Source: Escherichia phage VEc20
DNA: 64,000 nucleotides
Direction: 5' to 3' (one strand)
Sequence record: MN022785.1
Part shown: one piece after another, positions 39,142-48,183 of the stretch
How positions within the stretch are numbered: position 1 is the first letter of the stretch
Layout of the letters: every line of letters starts with the position of its first letter
Translations under genes and position numbers: made by a program
The notes under the pieces: generated by a model
Told to the model about the DNA's origin: nothing
Databases searched by the model: none
The model's input: only the letters and a program-made list of their open reading frames with translations

Positions 39142-39175
39142 GTTAATAATACCATAGTTTGAACTCGTTGTAAAC
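39142..39175 (-). promoter_or_regulatory. T4 early-type promoter (GTTTAC, 18 nt, TGGTATTAT)
   Basis: promoter half of a promoter + stem-loop module. Confidence 0.5.
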
Positions 39176-39256
39176 AACTTTGTGAAAAATATTTTAGGGA
39201 ATGATAAGAAAGGAACGATAACTTAGAATGGTAATATACAGAATGTGAGAAAGAAA

Positions 39257-39270
39257 GGCCCAGAGGGCCC
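39257..39270 (-). terminator. short GC stem-loop followed by U-rich tract
   Basis: ggcc..ggcc stem, UUUCUUUCUC downstream on minus strand. Confidence 0.35.
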
Positions 39271-39273
39271 GTC

Positions 39274-39597
39274 TTAATCTTCTATGATATCTCTATCATA
39301 TCCAAGTGAAATGAGAGTTTCTTTGAAGTGTTTAATGTTCTTTTGTCTAGAATCATTAATAAAAATGACTGGATAACGAATGTTAAGAGATGTGAATCCA
39401 GCGCGTTTAGCAAGAGATACAATCAGCGGACGATCATACTCAATCTTACCATTATTTGTAAGAACTTTATAGAAAGTAAAAGGAGCATTGAGCTCCTTTA
39501 GAAGTTTTGTAACTGATTGACATCCAGGACAACGACCTACTTCATCTGGAATTCCATAGACTTCAATCTTATTCTTTAAGTTCGAGTTTTGTTCCAC
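39274..39597 (-). CDS. glutaredoxin/NrdH-like redoxin (CPGC), start codon uncertain
   Basis: C-terminal 100 residues of the 150-aa ORF carry CPGC; no in-frame ATG after upstream ORF stop, GTG at 39597 with AAGGAA RBS proposed. Confidence 0.5.
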   Translation of the reverse strand: MEQNSNLKNKIEVYGIPDEVGRCPGCQSVTKLLKELNAPFTFYKVLTNNGKIEYDRPLIVSLAKRAGFTSLNIRYPVIFINDSRQKNIKHFKETLISLGYDRDIIED

Positions 39598-39880
39598 GAG
39601 AAATAATTCCTTGGTAAGCCCAATAAGGAGGATTAACAGAATCCTCGCCAGAGTTTTCTTCAGGAAAATAAACCTGGATAACAAATCCAGATGCATCAAA
39701 GGTAAAATAAACCGTAGGCAGTTCACCTAACAATTCGGCACGAGCATTAATTTCTTCGAGATCTCGTTCACGTCCAGCCCAAAAACTAGGATTTAGACTA
39801 CATTCGTAAAAATAATAGTCATTACCGAACATATCAAAACCCTTCCAACTCTCTACCACATACCGCTCAAAACTAATCAT
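39569..39880 (-). CDS. hypothetical protein
   Basis: 103-aa ORF. Confidence 0.5.
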   Translation of the reverse strand: MISFERYVVESWKGFDMFGNDYYFYECSLNPSFWAGRERDLEEINARAELLGELPTVYFTFDASGFVIQVYFPEENSGEDSVNPPYWAYQGIISRGTKLELKE

Positions 39881-39882
39881 AA

Positions 39883-40098
39883 TTAAGCCTTTTTATCAAG
39901 AACAGAATTCAGCTTGTTAGTAATTTTATCCAGACGCTCATTGAACTCGCTAGAAGATAAACCCTTTTCTGGAGAAATCAAACTAATCACGAAAAATATA
40001 GCAATAAAAGGAATAAGGAAAATAGCTCCAACTGCCATAAACAGAAAGAATGTTACAGTTGTAAGAAAATCAGCTAAACCTTTACGAAATTTATACAT
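39883..40098 (-). CDS. small membrane protein
   Basis: 71-aa ORF with two hydrophobic segments. Confidence 0.5.
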   Translation of the reverse strand: MYKFRKGLADFLTTVTFFLFMAVGAIFLIPFIAIFFVISLISPEKGLSSSEFNERLDKITNKLNSVLDKKA

Positions 40099-40213
40099 AT
40101 TTTACCCTTAATTGATTAACCAAGCATTGATAAGCACTAAACTATACTGCGAATAAAATTCTGGACCAAAATGAAAAATCATATCATTTATAGTATCCAT
40201 AATGTAATTCAAT

Positions 40214-40684
40214 TTAATCATGTTTCCACACCCCATCGGTATTTGACCAAAGCCGCTGATTATCTGATCCTCTCCACAGCTTTTTGGTCGGAAGATTTTT
40301 CTCATACTTCCCATCAATAATAACATCAACATATTTAAGCATTTCTAGTTGTTTAATATCTTCAAACTTATATCCTGTCCACAACCAAATGCTTTTATTT
40401 GGATAAAGATTTTTTACTGTTTGAACAATGCAATGAATAACATCTCGATTATCAGGATAGAGAGGGTCTCCTCCAGTTATAGTTAATCCTTCTATATAAT
40501 CATTATTCAAACATTCAATTAATTGTTCTAGTGTTTCACCAGTGAATGGAATACCATTTCTAGCATTCCATGTTGATTTATTATAACACCCTTCGCATTT
40601 ATGCAAACAACCTGTAACGAAAAGAACGACCCTGCAACCAGGGCCATTCACAAAATCGCAAGGATAAAATCTATCATAATTCAT
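40214..40684 (-). CDS. nrdG: anaerobic ribonucleotide reductase activating protein NrdG (radical SAM)
   Basis: 156-aa ORF; Cys cluster CLHKCEGC. Confidence 0.85.
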   Translation of the reverse strand: MNYDRFYPCDFVNGPGCRVVLFVTGCLHKCEGCYNKSTWNARNGIPFTGETLEQLIECLNNDYIEGLTITGGDPLYPDNRDVIHCIVQTVKNLYPNKSIWLWTGYKFEDIKQLEMLKYVDVIIDGKYEKNLPTKKLWRGSDNQRLWSNTDGVWKHD

Positions 40685-42498
40685 TGATGCTTAACCCTAT
40701 GCATGATTTCTTTATTTTTGCCGAGATTAAATCCGCGTTCGTTCGGATTTCCCAAATAACCACACGTTCTTCTTATTGTATTCATCTTTTTAGGATCAGT
40801 TTCTCCACAAATAGAACAAACAAATCCGTTTTCAGTAGGAGTCATTTCATGGGTACTTCCGCATGTAAAACATTTATCCACTGGCATATTAACACCAAAA
40901 TAATCTAAATGTTGTGCAGCATAATCCCATACGGCCTCAAGACCTTTCAAGTTATTTTTCATATCAGGAAGTTCAACATAAGAAATGTGACCACCTGTCG
41001 CAATGAAATGATATGGCGCTTCACGAGAAATCTTTTCAAACGGAGTAATATTTTCTTCTACTGAGACATGGAAACTGTTAGTGTACCAGCCTTTATCGGT
41101 AACATCTTTTACGCTTCCATATTTTTCTGTATCGAGTTTACAGAAGCGATAACAAAGGTTTTCAGCAGGAGTCGAATATAAACTAAAAGCAAATCCGGTT
41201 CTTTCAGTCCACTGTTTAAGATGAGCATTCATTTTAGTTAAAATTTCTCGTCCAATATCACGACCGACAAGAATATTCAATTCGTGAATACCAATGTATC
41301 CTAAAGACACTGAACTTCTACCGTTTTTAAATAACTCAATTATATCGTCATCAGGTTTAAGACGAACCCCAAATGCACCTTCTTGGTAAAGAATAGGAGC
41401 AACAGTAGCTTTAACTCCTTTTAAGGAACTAATTCTACACATCAAAGCTTCAAAACATAAATCCATTCGTTCATTGAACAATTCAACAAATTTCTGTTCA
41501 TTGAACTGTGTTCCAATATAAGAATCTAACGCGATGCGAGGAAGATTCAGTGTTACAACACCAAGATTATTACGTCCATCAAGAATTTCATTACCAGTCG
41601 AATCTTTCCATACGCCCAAGAAACTACGGCAACCCATTGGAGAAACAGGAATAGATGAGCCGGTGATAGCTTTATTGTTCTTAGCTGAAATAATATCAGG
41701 ATACATCCTTTTGCTTGCACACTCTAAAGCAAGCTGCTTAATATCATAGTTCGGATCGTCTTTATAAAGATTAACGCCTTCTTCAACGAACATAACAAGC
41801 TTAGGGAAAATAGGAGTTATCCCATCACGACCGAGACCTTTAATACGATTTTTCAGAATTGCTTTCTGAATCATTCGTTCAGTCCAGTCAGTTCCCGTAC
41901 CAAATGTAATTGTTACAAAAGGAGTCTGTCCGTTTGAACTAAAGAGAGTATTTACTTCATATTCATAAGCTTGGAATGCATCGTATACATCTTTTTCTGT
42001 TTTAGATTGAGCATAATTCAACGCATCAGCGATTTGCCATTTTTCTGCATCCTCAATATGTTTTGCATAGGTGCGTTTAACATAAGGAGAAAGTACTTTA
42101 TCGACATTAGCAAATGTAGTTCCGCCATATTGGTGAGAAGCAACCTGTGCAGTAATTTGTGCCATAATTGCAGTAGCAACACCGATTGATTTAGGAGTTT
42201 CAATCTGTGCATTACCAAGCTTAAATCCGTTTTCAAGCATTCCTTTTAAATCTACTAAACAACAATTAGTAAATGGAAGAGCAGGGGAATAATCAATATC
42301 ATGGAAATGAATAATTCCGCTTTCATGCGCTTTCATAATAAAAGACGGGACCATATTTTTGGCAATGTGTTTAGACACAATACCAGCCATAAGGTCCCGT
42401 TGAGTTGGAAAAACACGAGAATCTTTATTAGCATTCTCGTTTAAAAGGTCTTTATTAGTTTTATGAATCAATCCTTCAATTTCTTTTTCAATTGTCAT
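40681..42498 (-). CDS. nrdD: anaerobic ribonucleoside-triphosphate reductase NrdD, intron-less
   Basis: 605-aa continuous ORF; C-terminal zinc ribbon CFTCGS...CSICG and glycyl-radical region. Confidence 0.9.
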   Translation of the reverse strand: MTIEKEIEGLIHKTNKDLLNENANKDSRVFPTQRDLMAGIVSKHIAKNMVPSFIMKAHESGIIHFHDIDYSPALPFTNCCLVDLKGMLENGFKLGNAQIETPKSIGVATAIMAQITAQVASHQYGGTTFANVDKVLSPYVKRTYAKHIEDAEKWQIADALNYAQSKTEKDVYDAFQAYEYEVNTLFSSNGQTPFVTITFGTGTDWTERMIQKAILKNRIKGLGRDGITPIFPKLVMFVEEGVNLYKDDPNYDIKQLALECASKRMYPDIISAKNNKAITGSSIPVSPMGCRSFLGVWKDSTGNEILDGRNNLGVVTLNLPRIALDSYIGTQFNEQKFVELFNERMDLCFEALMCRISSLKGVKATVAPILYQEGAFGVRLKPDDDIIELFKNGRSSVSLGYIGIHELNILVGRDIGREILTKMNAHLKQWTERTGFAFSLYSTPAENLCYRFCKLDTEKYGSVKDVTDKGWYTNSFHVSVEENITPFEKISREAPYHFIATGGHISYVELPDMKNNLKGLEAVWDYAAQHLDYFGVNMPVDKCFTCGSTHEMTPTENGFVCSICGETDPKKMNTIRRTCGYLGNPNERGFNLGKNKEIMHRVKHQ

Positions 42499-42968
42499 TT
42501 TAAACTCTTTCTAAGCTGCTTCTTAAATGAAGCTATTAACTGTGTTTTGGTGTCAGATTCATTATATTCAAATCCTCTTTGAAGCATCTCGGCCATCATT
42601 TCCTCTTTTCCTAAACGAGAAAATTCCTTTGATTTATCTCCAACAAAGTTAGGGTGAATATTATTTTGGGTGTAATCGGATTTTAAATAAGTAAGTAAAT
42701 TTTCTAACCATTCAAGATAATCAACACCTTGTCCCTTTAAGCCAGAACGATTAAATTTGTGCTTCATTTGACCTTCTGCAGCATTGCAGAGATTACAAAG
42801 CAATCCACGTACCTTTCCTGCTTTTGGTCCATTTAATTCATGGTCATGGTCGAGGTGATTAGCTTGAACATCAGGATTTAGTTCTCGTTGGCAAATTAAG
42901 CATTTACCGTTTTGTGCATTATAAAATTTTTGTTTTTCTTCTTTGTATAATTTGCCAGTCAATAACAT
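42495..42968 (-). CDS. 49: endonuclease VII gp49 (Holliday junction resolvase)
   Basis: 157-aa ORF; zinc-binding cysteines; size matches T4 gp49. Confidence 0.85.
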   Translation of the reverse strand: MLLTGKLYKEEKQKFYNAQNGKCLICQRELNPDVQANHLDHDHELNGPKAGKVRGLLCNLCNAAEGQMKHKFNRSGLKGQGVDYLEWLENLLTYLKSDYTQNNIHPNFVGDKSKEFSRLGKEEMMAEMLQRGFEYNESDTKTQLIASFKKQLRKSLK

Positions 42969-43010
42969 AATAAAACCCTTACCTTAAATAGATAAGGGTA
43001 TTTATTATTT

Positions 43011-43057
43011 TTAAGTATTGTAAAACATTCGATGCAATCGTTTATACTGTCGAATCA
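43011..43057. repeat. imperfect direct repeat copy 1 (about 46 bp); copy 2 at 43224..43269
   Basis: about 40 of 46 positions identical between copies. Confidence 0.7.
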
Positions 43058-43187
43058 TCTTTTTAGTAGGACGAGAATAGGTTCCTACGCAAGTGGTCAT
43101 ATGAGGGTCCGTAGAATGTCCTTTAATAAAAAGTTTCCAAACCTTACCGCCATTTAACTTTTCAGTATAAACCAATTCGGTTTTCAT
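43011..43187 (-). CDS. hypothetical small protein (58 aa) whose C-terminal 14 residues duplicate the pin C-terminus
   Basis: hand-translated; ends IRQYKRLHRMFYNT vs pin IRQYKRLHQMFYNT. Confidence 0.35.
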   Translation of the reverse strand: MKTELVYTEKLNGGKVWKLFIKGHSTDPHMTTCVGTYSRPTKKMIRQYKRLHRMFYNT

Positions 43188-43199
43188 TAAAATGTCCTG

Positions 43200-43298
43200 T
43201 CAGAAAAAGAATTTTGAGTTTTTTCAAGTATTGTAAAACATTTGATGCAATCGCTTATATTGCCGAATCTTTTGGTCAGAAAAAGAAATTTGAGTTTC
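43200..43298. repeat. duplicated pin 3'-end segment: 23-bp B-repeat (43200-43222, 43276-43298) flanking A-repeat copy 2
   Basis: tcagaaaaagaattttgagtttt vs tcagaaaaagaaatttgagtttc. Confidence 0.65.
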
Positions 43299-43709
43299 AA
43301 GCCATTCAATGTACTCTGCGGCAGCTTGCATCAGGTTACCTTCATAGCCATCGTTATTTTCTTGTGCAGCTAATTTAGCTAATGCGTATGAAATACGTTC
43401 ACCTTGAAAATCGGCTTTAGGCTTCTGAACAACTTGATTAGTTCTCTCTACAACTTCCTCGATTTCACCATTTTCAACGGATTCAGTATTCCACAAACAC
43501 CAATACGTAATTGGCTTATCATAGATGTTAATAATCTTTCCGTCGGAAAGTTCAATTTCAACAATTCCAGTGTCAGGCTCTATATCATCTTCACATTCTT
43601 TTGCAAGTTCACGAACTTTAAAGACAGTACCTGCACTAAGTTCCGGCCAGTAATTACATAGCCCTGTATCAATACGATTAATTCTAAACCACTTATCTAC
43701 TGTAATCAT
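43224..43709 (-). CDS. pin: Pin, inhibitor of host Lon protease
   Basis: start taken as MITVDKWF (161 aa); ORF track gives TTG-start 167-aa version. Confidence 0.7.
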   Translation of the reverse strand: MITVDKWFRINRIDTGLCNYWPELSAGTVFKVRELAKECEDDIEPDTGIVEIELSDGKIINIYDKPITYWCLWNTESVENGEIEEVVERTNQVVQKPKADFQGERISYALAKLAAQENNDGYEGNLMQAAAEYIEWLETQISFSDQKIRQYKRLHQMFYNT

Positions 43710-43828
43710 GTCCCATCTCCATATCAATTAAGTCATTTATCGTTGGTTCATTATATACTGTTTCTTCATCAGTGTAAACCGGTTCTTCCGGCTCTGGCTC
43801 TACAGTTTCCCATCTAGCCGCCCACCAA

Positions 43829-44002
43829 GGTTTAACCCCGAAGCTTATTAAGTTCTTCATAATCAATCCAGGATTCTAATCCTGATGGCAAATCAGATTC
43901 AATTTCCCAAAGAAGTTCTTCAATTTTATGAAGACGATCTAGTTCTTCGGCTGGAATAGTAACCATTGACGGAGTTCTTGATACATTAATATCGTAAATC
44001 AT
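43829..44002 (-). CDS. hypothetical small protein (57 aa)
   Basis: hand-translated MIYDINVSRTPSMVTIPAEELDRLHKIEELLWEI... Confidence 0.3.
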
Positions 44003-44004
44003 AT

Positions 44005-44220
44005 TTACCCCAATTTAACCATACAATCGCCGTATTTCCACTTAGAAATAGACTTTTCACCGTTAGAATAATAAACTTCGAGTTTAGCACGATTATTTTT
44101 AATTTGAATAACCTTGGCTGTCATCAAAGTTCCATACCCATAATAAACTGCAACTTCATCACCTACATATACCGCGCTTCCGCGGTAATCATGAATATAG
44201 TCAGTTCCTTCGAGCATCAT
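44005..44220 (-). CDS. hypothetical protein
   Basis: 71-aa ORF. Confidence 0.5.
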   Translation of the reverse strand: MMLEGTDYIHDYRGSAVYVGDEVAVYYGYGTLMTAKVIQIKNNRAKLEVYYSNGEKSISKWKYGDCMVKLG

Positions 44221-44480
44221 TTAAAGTATTCCCGCAATTGATCAAATCCACCAATATGACTTCCATCAGGAGCAAATACCTGAGGCATTGTCAAGCCTAT
44301 TTGAGTATCACGACCTAGTTTAGTCAGAAGCTCAGCGATTTTCTCATCATCAAAAACACCTTTTTCCGGCATAATATTGATAAATTCAAACGGCTGTTTC
44401 TTCACAGTCAAAAGACGTTTTGCATTATCACAATACACACATTTATGGATGTTGCTATCATAACCATATACTTTAAACAT
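44217..44480 (-). CDS. nrdC: thioredoxin/glutaredoxin NrdC
   Basis: 87-aa ORF with CVYC active site; matches T4 thioredoxin. Confidence 0.85.
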   Translation of the reverse strand: MFKVYGYDSNIHKCVYCDNAKRLLTVKKQPFEFINIMPEKGVFDDEKIAELLTKLGRDTQIGLTMPQVFAPDGSHIGGFDQLREYFK

Positions 44481-44481
44481 A

Positions 44482-44724
44482 TTATTCCTTAATTCCTAGT
44501 ACTTGTTTAAAAGTCTCGTCGTAATCAAGACTTTGGCCCGTTTGTTCTTTATGTTTGTATATAATATCACTTACTTCTGATAGCATATTTTTATATGAAC
44601 GAGTTAAAGCAGATTTAAGCACGCTGTATCTATCAGGAAATTTACCGTGTTCATTATAATAAGCTATTGCTAATTCACGGACTGCCTTTTCAGCAGCCTC
44701 CATATATTCTTTACGCTTGGTCAT
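44482..44724 (-). CDS. hypothetical protein (nrdC.1 position)
   Basis: 80-aa ORF. Confidence 0.5.
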   Translation of the reverse strand: MTKRKEYMEAAEKAVRELAIAYYNEHGKFPDRYSVLKSALTRSYKNMLSEVSDIIYKHKEQTGQSLDYDETFKQVLGIKE

Positions 44725-44726
44725 TT

Positions 44727-45116
44727 TTAATCCAAAATATTATTAGGCATTGGTTGAACACTCACAAGTTCTTTAAAGAACTCAGTAGAGTCAGGCAATT
44801 TAACCATTTCCGGAGCATGCTTACTGAATTTATGTTTACATTGACGGCATTTATATTCAAGCTCTGGTTTACGCCAGTTAATCAACTGAACTTGTTCAGT
44901 ACCGCATTCAGGGCAATTAGGAACGTTTTTAGAAGCTCTTTCACGTCGTTCAACCATAGCCATAATAGCATCCCATGCTGGAGGTTTAAAATCTAAATCG
45001 TCGCAGCCGTGAATCTTTCCACGCATTTCCATATCATCTTCCTCACCAGCCATAATAATTTTAATTAGACTAGAATTACTTGAAGCTGCAATGTCTTCTA
45101 ATAAACGCTTTTTCAT
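44727..45116 (-). CDS. zinc-finger protein (CPECG...CRQCKH)
   Basis: 129-aa ORF. Confidence 0.5.
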   Translation of the reverse strand: MKKRLLEDIAASSNSSLIKIIMAGEEDDMEMRGKIHGCDDLDFKPPAWDAIMAMVERRERASKNVPNCPECGTEQVQLINWRKPELEYKCRQCKHKFSKHAPEMVKLPDSTEFFKELVSVQPMPNNILD

Positions 45117-46042
45117 TTCAATACCTCAATAGCATTACGTAAACCATTTGCTTTTGCATTAAGAGCTTTTAACAATTTGGTGTGTTCTGCAATTTGGGCT
45201 TCAACTTCAATCAAACGGGCATTGAGATATTCACGTTCTTCACTCAGATTATCAACCTTTTCTACTTTAGGCTCTTTTACAACTGTCTTATATGTATTAG
45301 GGTTCTTCAGTTTAATTAGAATGCGTGAACTGTATAACATTGAACCATTATCTTCGGTTTCGTCATACATTTCCACTACGTCCATAATTTTTAACATCAT
45401 GCGGAGTTTATAAGACAACGAACGAATAGTTTTGTTGTGCTTATTAATTTCTTTAGCTGTCATGGTGCCAAGATTACGTGAGTAATAATAAGGAACCTGG
45501 ATATTAATTAATACTGATGAACCACCTGGCTTGTGTGTTACTTCATCAGCAATAACCCAATCCTTAACATGAACTGTATTTGTACGGTCATCGCCCGCGG
45601 TAAATAGTTTACGAGCATGCTTAAAAAGCATATTCACTTGGTCATTGAATTGACAAGCGAATTTATCAGCAAATTTAGTTTCGGGAATGGTAGATAACCA
45701 ATCAGCCAAATGGGTCTTTTTAACATCGTTAACAATAGTAAATTCAACCAAATCGGTTATAGATGTCGCAGTTTTAATGAATCTCGGCTTCATAAAGTTT
45801 TTAATGTTATCGCGAGCTACAGTAGAAGATAACATACGAGAACGTTTAAACCATTCAAGTAAATTGCCTAACGAATGAGAATAAGCGTTCTGAGTATCTT
45901 TACAGATATGATTTTCCTGGCCAACATACTGAAGGAAATCACGAAGAATATTATTGATTACTGCTCTGTGTCCTATCTGATAATCACGATGTTTAGTAAT
46001 AAGACTGTCAAAATAATCAATATAATGTTTACGAGTTTTCAT
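45113..46042 (-). CDS. paralog-family protein with C-terminal coiled coil (member 1 of 4)
   Basis: 309 aa; shares LF-K--RKL--GDD-like core motif with following three ORFs. Confidence 0.55.
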   Translation of the reverse strand: MKTRKHYIDYFDSLITKHRDYQIGHRAVINNILRDFLQYVGQENHICKDTQNAYSHSLGNLLEWFKRSRMLSSTVARDNIKNFMKPRFIKTATSITDLVEFTIVNDVKKTHLADWLSTIPETKFADKFACQFNDQVNMLFKHARKLFTAGDDRTNTVHVKDWVIADEVTHKPGGSSVLINIQVPYYYSRNLGTMTAKEINKHNKTIRSLSYKLRMMLKIMDVVEMYDETEDNGSMLYSSRILIKLKNPNTYKTVVKEPKVEKVDNLSEEREYLNARLIEVEAQIAEHTKLLKALNAKANGLRNAIEVLK

Positions 46043-46096
46043 GTTCTTCTCACTTGGTTAATGGTTTATACTCCGAGCCATCCTTGGCTTTAAATT

Positions 46097-47098
46097 TTAC
46101 TTAATTAACTGTAAAGCTTGTTCAAGACGATCCAGGCGATTAACAGATTCTTCCCAAATCCTTTTAGCCTGCTCATATTCTTTCTGTGCTTTATTAGAAA
46201 TTTCTAGAACTTCTTTATAAGCTTTTTCTAATGCAATAACTTCTGGACGAATTTCTACCGGTTCAGGTGAATCATCAAGATTATCCATTAGTTCCTCAAG
46301 GGTAGTTTCTTCTTTAGGAGTATTCACAATTTCATCACATTTTTGTTGGTAAATTTCTTTATCAGTCGGTGAGTACGCACACTTTACTTCACGAAGACTA
46401 ACTACAATTTTATATCCTTCCCAACCGCATATATTCTTAAAAGGATAAGTATGAATATTTTCTACCGTTTCCATACAAAGTAATGCAGTCTCTAACTGAC
46501 GAGTTGTATCACTAGCAATTGAGAAAAATTTATTAATGTTCTTTTGATTAGCTTCTGGTGTAAAAAATTCATAATTCACAAAAATAGCTGCTTTATTTTT
46601 ATCAAGTTCATATTCTTTTATGATAATCATATCAGAAGCCAAAGGATGAATTTGACGATAATCGCCATAACATAATTTAGAAGCTGATTTTAGAATTTGC
46701 TTCTTGAAAAGTCTAAAATTACTAATCCAACGACGAGTAAAAATATTCTCAGGGTCTTCTTTATTATTAAGATGATAAGAATTAACATCACCGAACCAAC
46801 TGTATCCTACTACATCTTTGGTTCGTTTAATTTCTTTCCCAAAATTACTAAGAATATCTTGATTAACTAAATATGAAAGAAGACGAGACCCTTTAAAGGT
46901 TTCCTTAATATCATCTTTATCTACACGACTAGAAATTTTATGAACTTCATGAATAAATTTGCTGGAAGAAACAATACTTGCATCAGTATTGTTGAGCCAC
47001 TGATTGATAATAGAAAGAACACTATTCTGACTAGACATAGGTTTAACTTTATCATCAATAACGCTATTGAATGATTTGATATATTCGTTACGAGTCAT
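46097..47098 (-). CDS. paralog-family protein with C-terminal coiled coil (member 2 of 4)
   Basis: ORF track 46097..47149 trimmed to ATG 47098 with GAGGAG RBS; motif FRLFKKQILKSASKL. Confidence 0.55.
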   Translation of the reverse strand: MTRNEYIKSFNSVIDDKVKPMSSQNSVLSIINQWLNNTDASIVSSSKFIHEVHKISSRVDKDDIKETFKGSRLLSYLVNQDILSNFGKEIKRTKDVVGYSWFGDVNSYHLNNKEDPENIFTRRWISNFRLFKKQILKSASKLCYGDYRQIHPLASDMIIIKEYELDKNKAAIFVNYEFFTPEANQKNINKFFSIASDTTRQLETALLCMETVENIHTYPFKNICGWEGYKIVVSLREVKCAYSPTDKEIYQQKCDEIVNTPKEETTLEELMDNLDDSPEPVEIRPEVIALEKAYKEVLEISNKAQKEYEQAKRIWEESVNRLDRLEQALQLIK

Positions 47099-47128
47099 AT
47101 TAATCTCCTCAGTAGAAAGTAAGAACAT

Positions 47129-47156
47129 TATACCACATCCTTGTGGCAAAGTAAAC
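47129..47156 (-). promoter_or_regulatory. T4 early-type promoter, near-identical to rIIA.1 promoter at 2417..2448
   Basis: GTTTAC-tttgccacaaggatgtg-GTATAAT. Confidence 0.55.
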
Positions 47157-48175
47157 TAGTTCAGTGCATTTAGTGCATTGTTCAATTTAGAACGTTGCTT
47201 CGTGAGATTTTTGACTTTTTCTTGAGCTTTTTCTAGCATCTTTTCAGCTTCTAGCACTTCATTAGTTGCTTTAACGAGTTCATCATCTACTGCCTTGATA
47301 GACTTCTCAATCGCATCCGCGTGCCATTTTTCAACAGGTTTAAGACTCGGATTTTCAATAGGAAGAAAATTCACTTTATTGAATTTCCATGCATCTTTAT
47401 TACCTGAGCTATACATCCAAAATTTAGGATCGTTTGATGAGCAATTAGATAAATTTAAGTTATCTTGCACTTCCTGCTTTTTCTCTTGCGGGACTTCATC
47501 CTTTCTCAAAAAATCGTATTTAAATGAAACGATCATATCAAGTTCATACGTTGTTGTATGTTCCCAATTTCGCTCAAAATGAGGTAAAATCTTAGACTGA
47601 ACAGCGGCAACAACATCCATATACTTAAATGCTTCTGTCAACTGTGATTTAAGGCATTCACAAATTGAAAGAGAATTTTTTGTATTAGGTTTAAAGCTAA
47701 TTCGTGCAGTTCTATTATTTTCTTTTAATGGTCTTACTTCCATCTGAAGAGTATAACCATCAAATTTCAGGTTCTTTAAGTTAATGTCAGAACCTTTTAA
47801 TCGACTAGCCGTCGACAAAATTTGCTTTAATTGTTTACGGAATAGAGCAATAAATCTCCATTCAAGACGGTAATGATTTGGATTAAAAAATCCTGTTGAT
47901 AAATCAACCTTACTCTGACCAACGCCTTGAACAAATAGAGGATTTTTATAATCAATAGTTTTACAGAAATCGGTGAGCTGTTCGCGAGCAGTCATTTGCG
48001 TAATATATCCAGCTTTATCAAAATGTCGCAGCCATTCACTGCTATTCATATACTTAAAGTGAATGGAACTATTAACTCTATCAGGGTCTAAATTATTTTG
48101 GCACAAAAATGTCATAACATCACGAGTATAACTGGCATTACGAACCATATCTTCAATTTGAGAACGAGTTTTCAT
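47156..48175 (-). CDS. paralog-family protein with C-terminal coiled coil (member 3 of 4)
   Basis: 339 aa; motif FIALFRKQLKQILSTASRL. Confidence 0.55.
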   Translation of the reverse strand: MKTRSQIEDMVRNASYTRDVMTFLCQNNLDPDRVNSSIHFKYMNSSEWLRHFDKAGYITQMTAREQLTDFCKTIDYKNPLFVQGVGQSKVDLSTGFFNPNHYRLEWRFIALFRKQLKQILSTASRLKGSDINLKNLKFDGYTLQMEVRPLKENNRTARISFKPNTKNSLSICECLKSQLTEAFKYMDVVAAVQSKILPHFERNWEHTTTYELDMIVSFKYDFLRKDEVPQEKKQEVQDNLNLSNCSSNDPKFWMYSSGNKDAWKFNKVNFLPIENPSLKPVEKWHADAIEKSIKAVDDELVKATNEVLEAEKMLEKAQEKVKNLTKQRSKLNNALNALN

Positions 48176-48183
48176 GGTGTTCC

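Noticed and set aside
40108-40332. 74-aa ORF overlapping the nrdG 3' half
   Set aside because: Out-of-frame overlap with a conserved radical-SAM gene.
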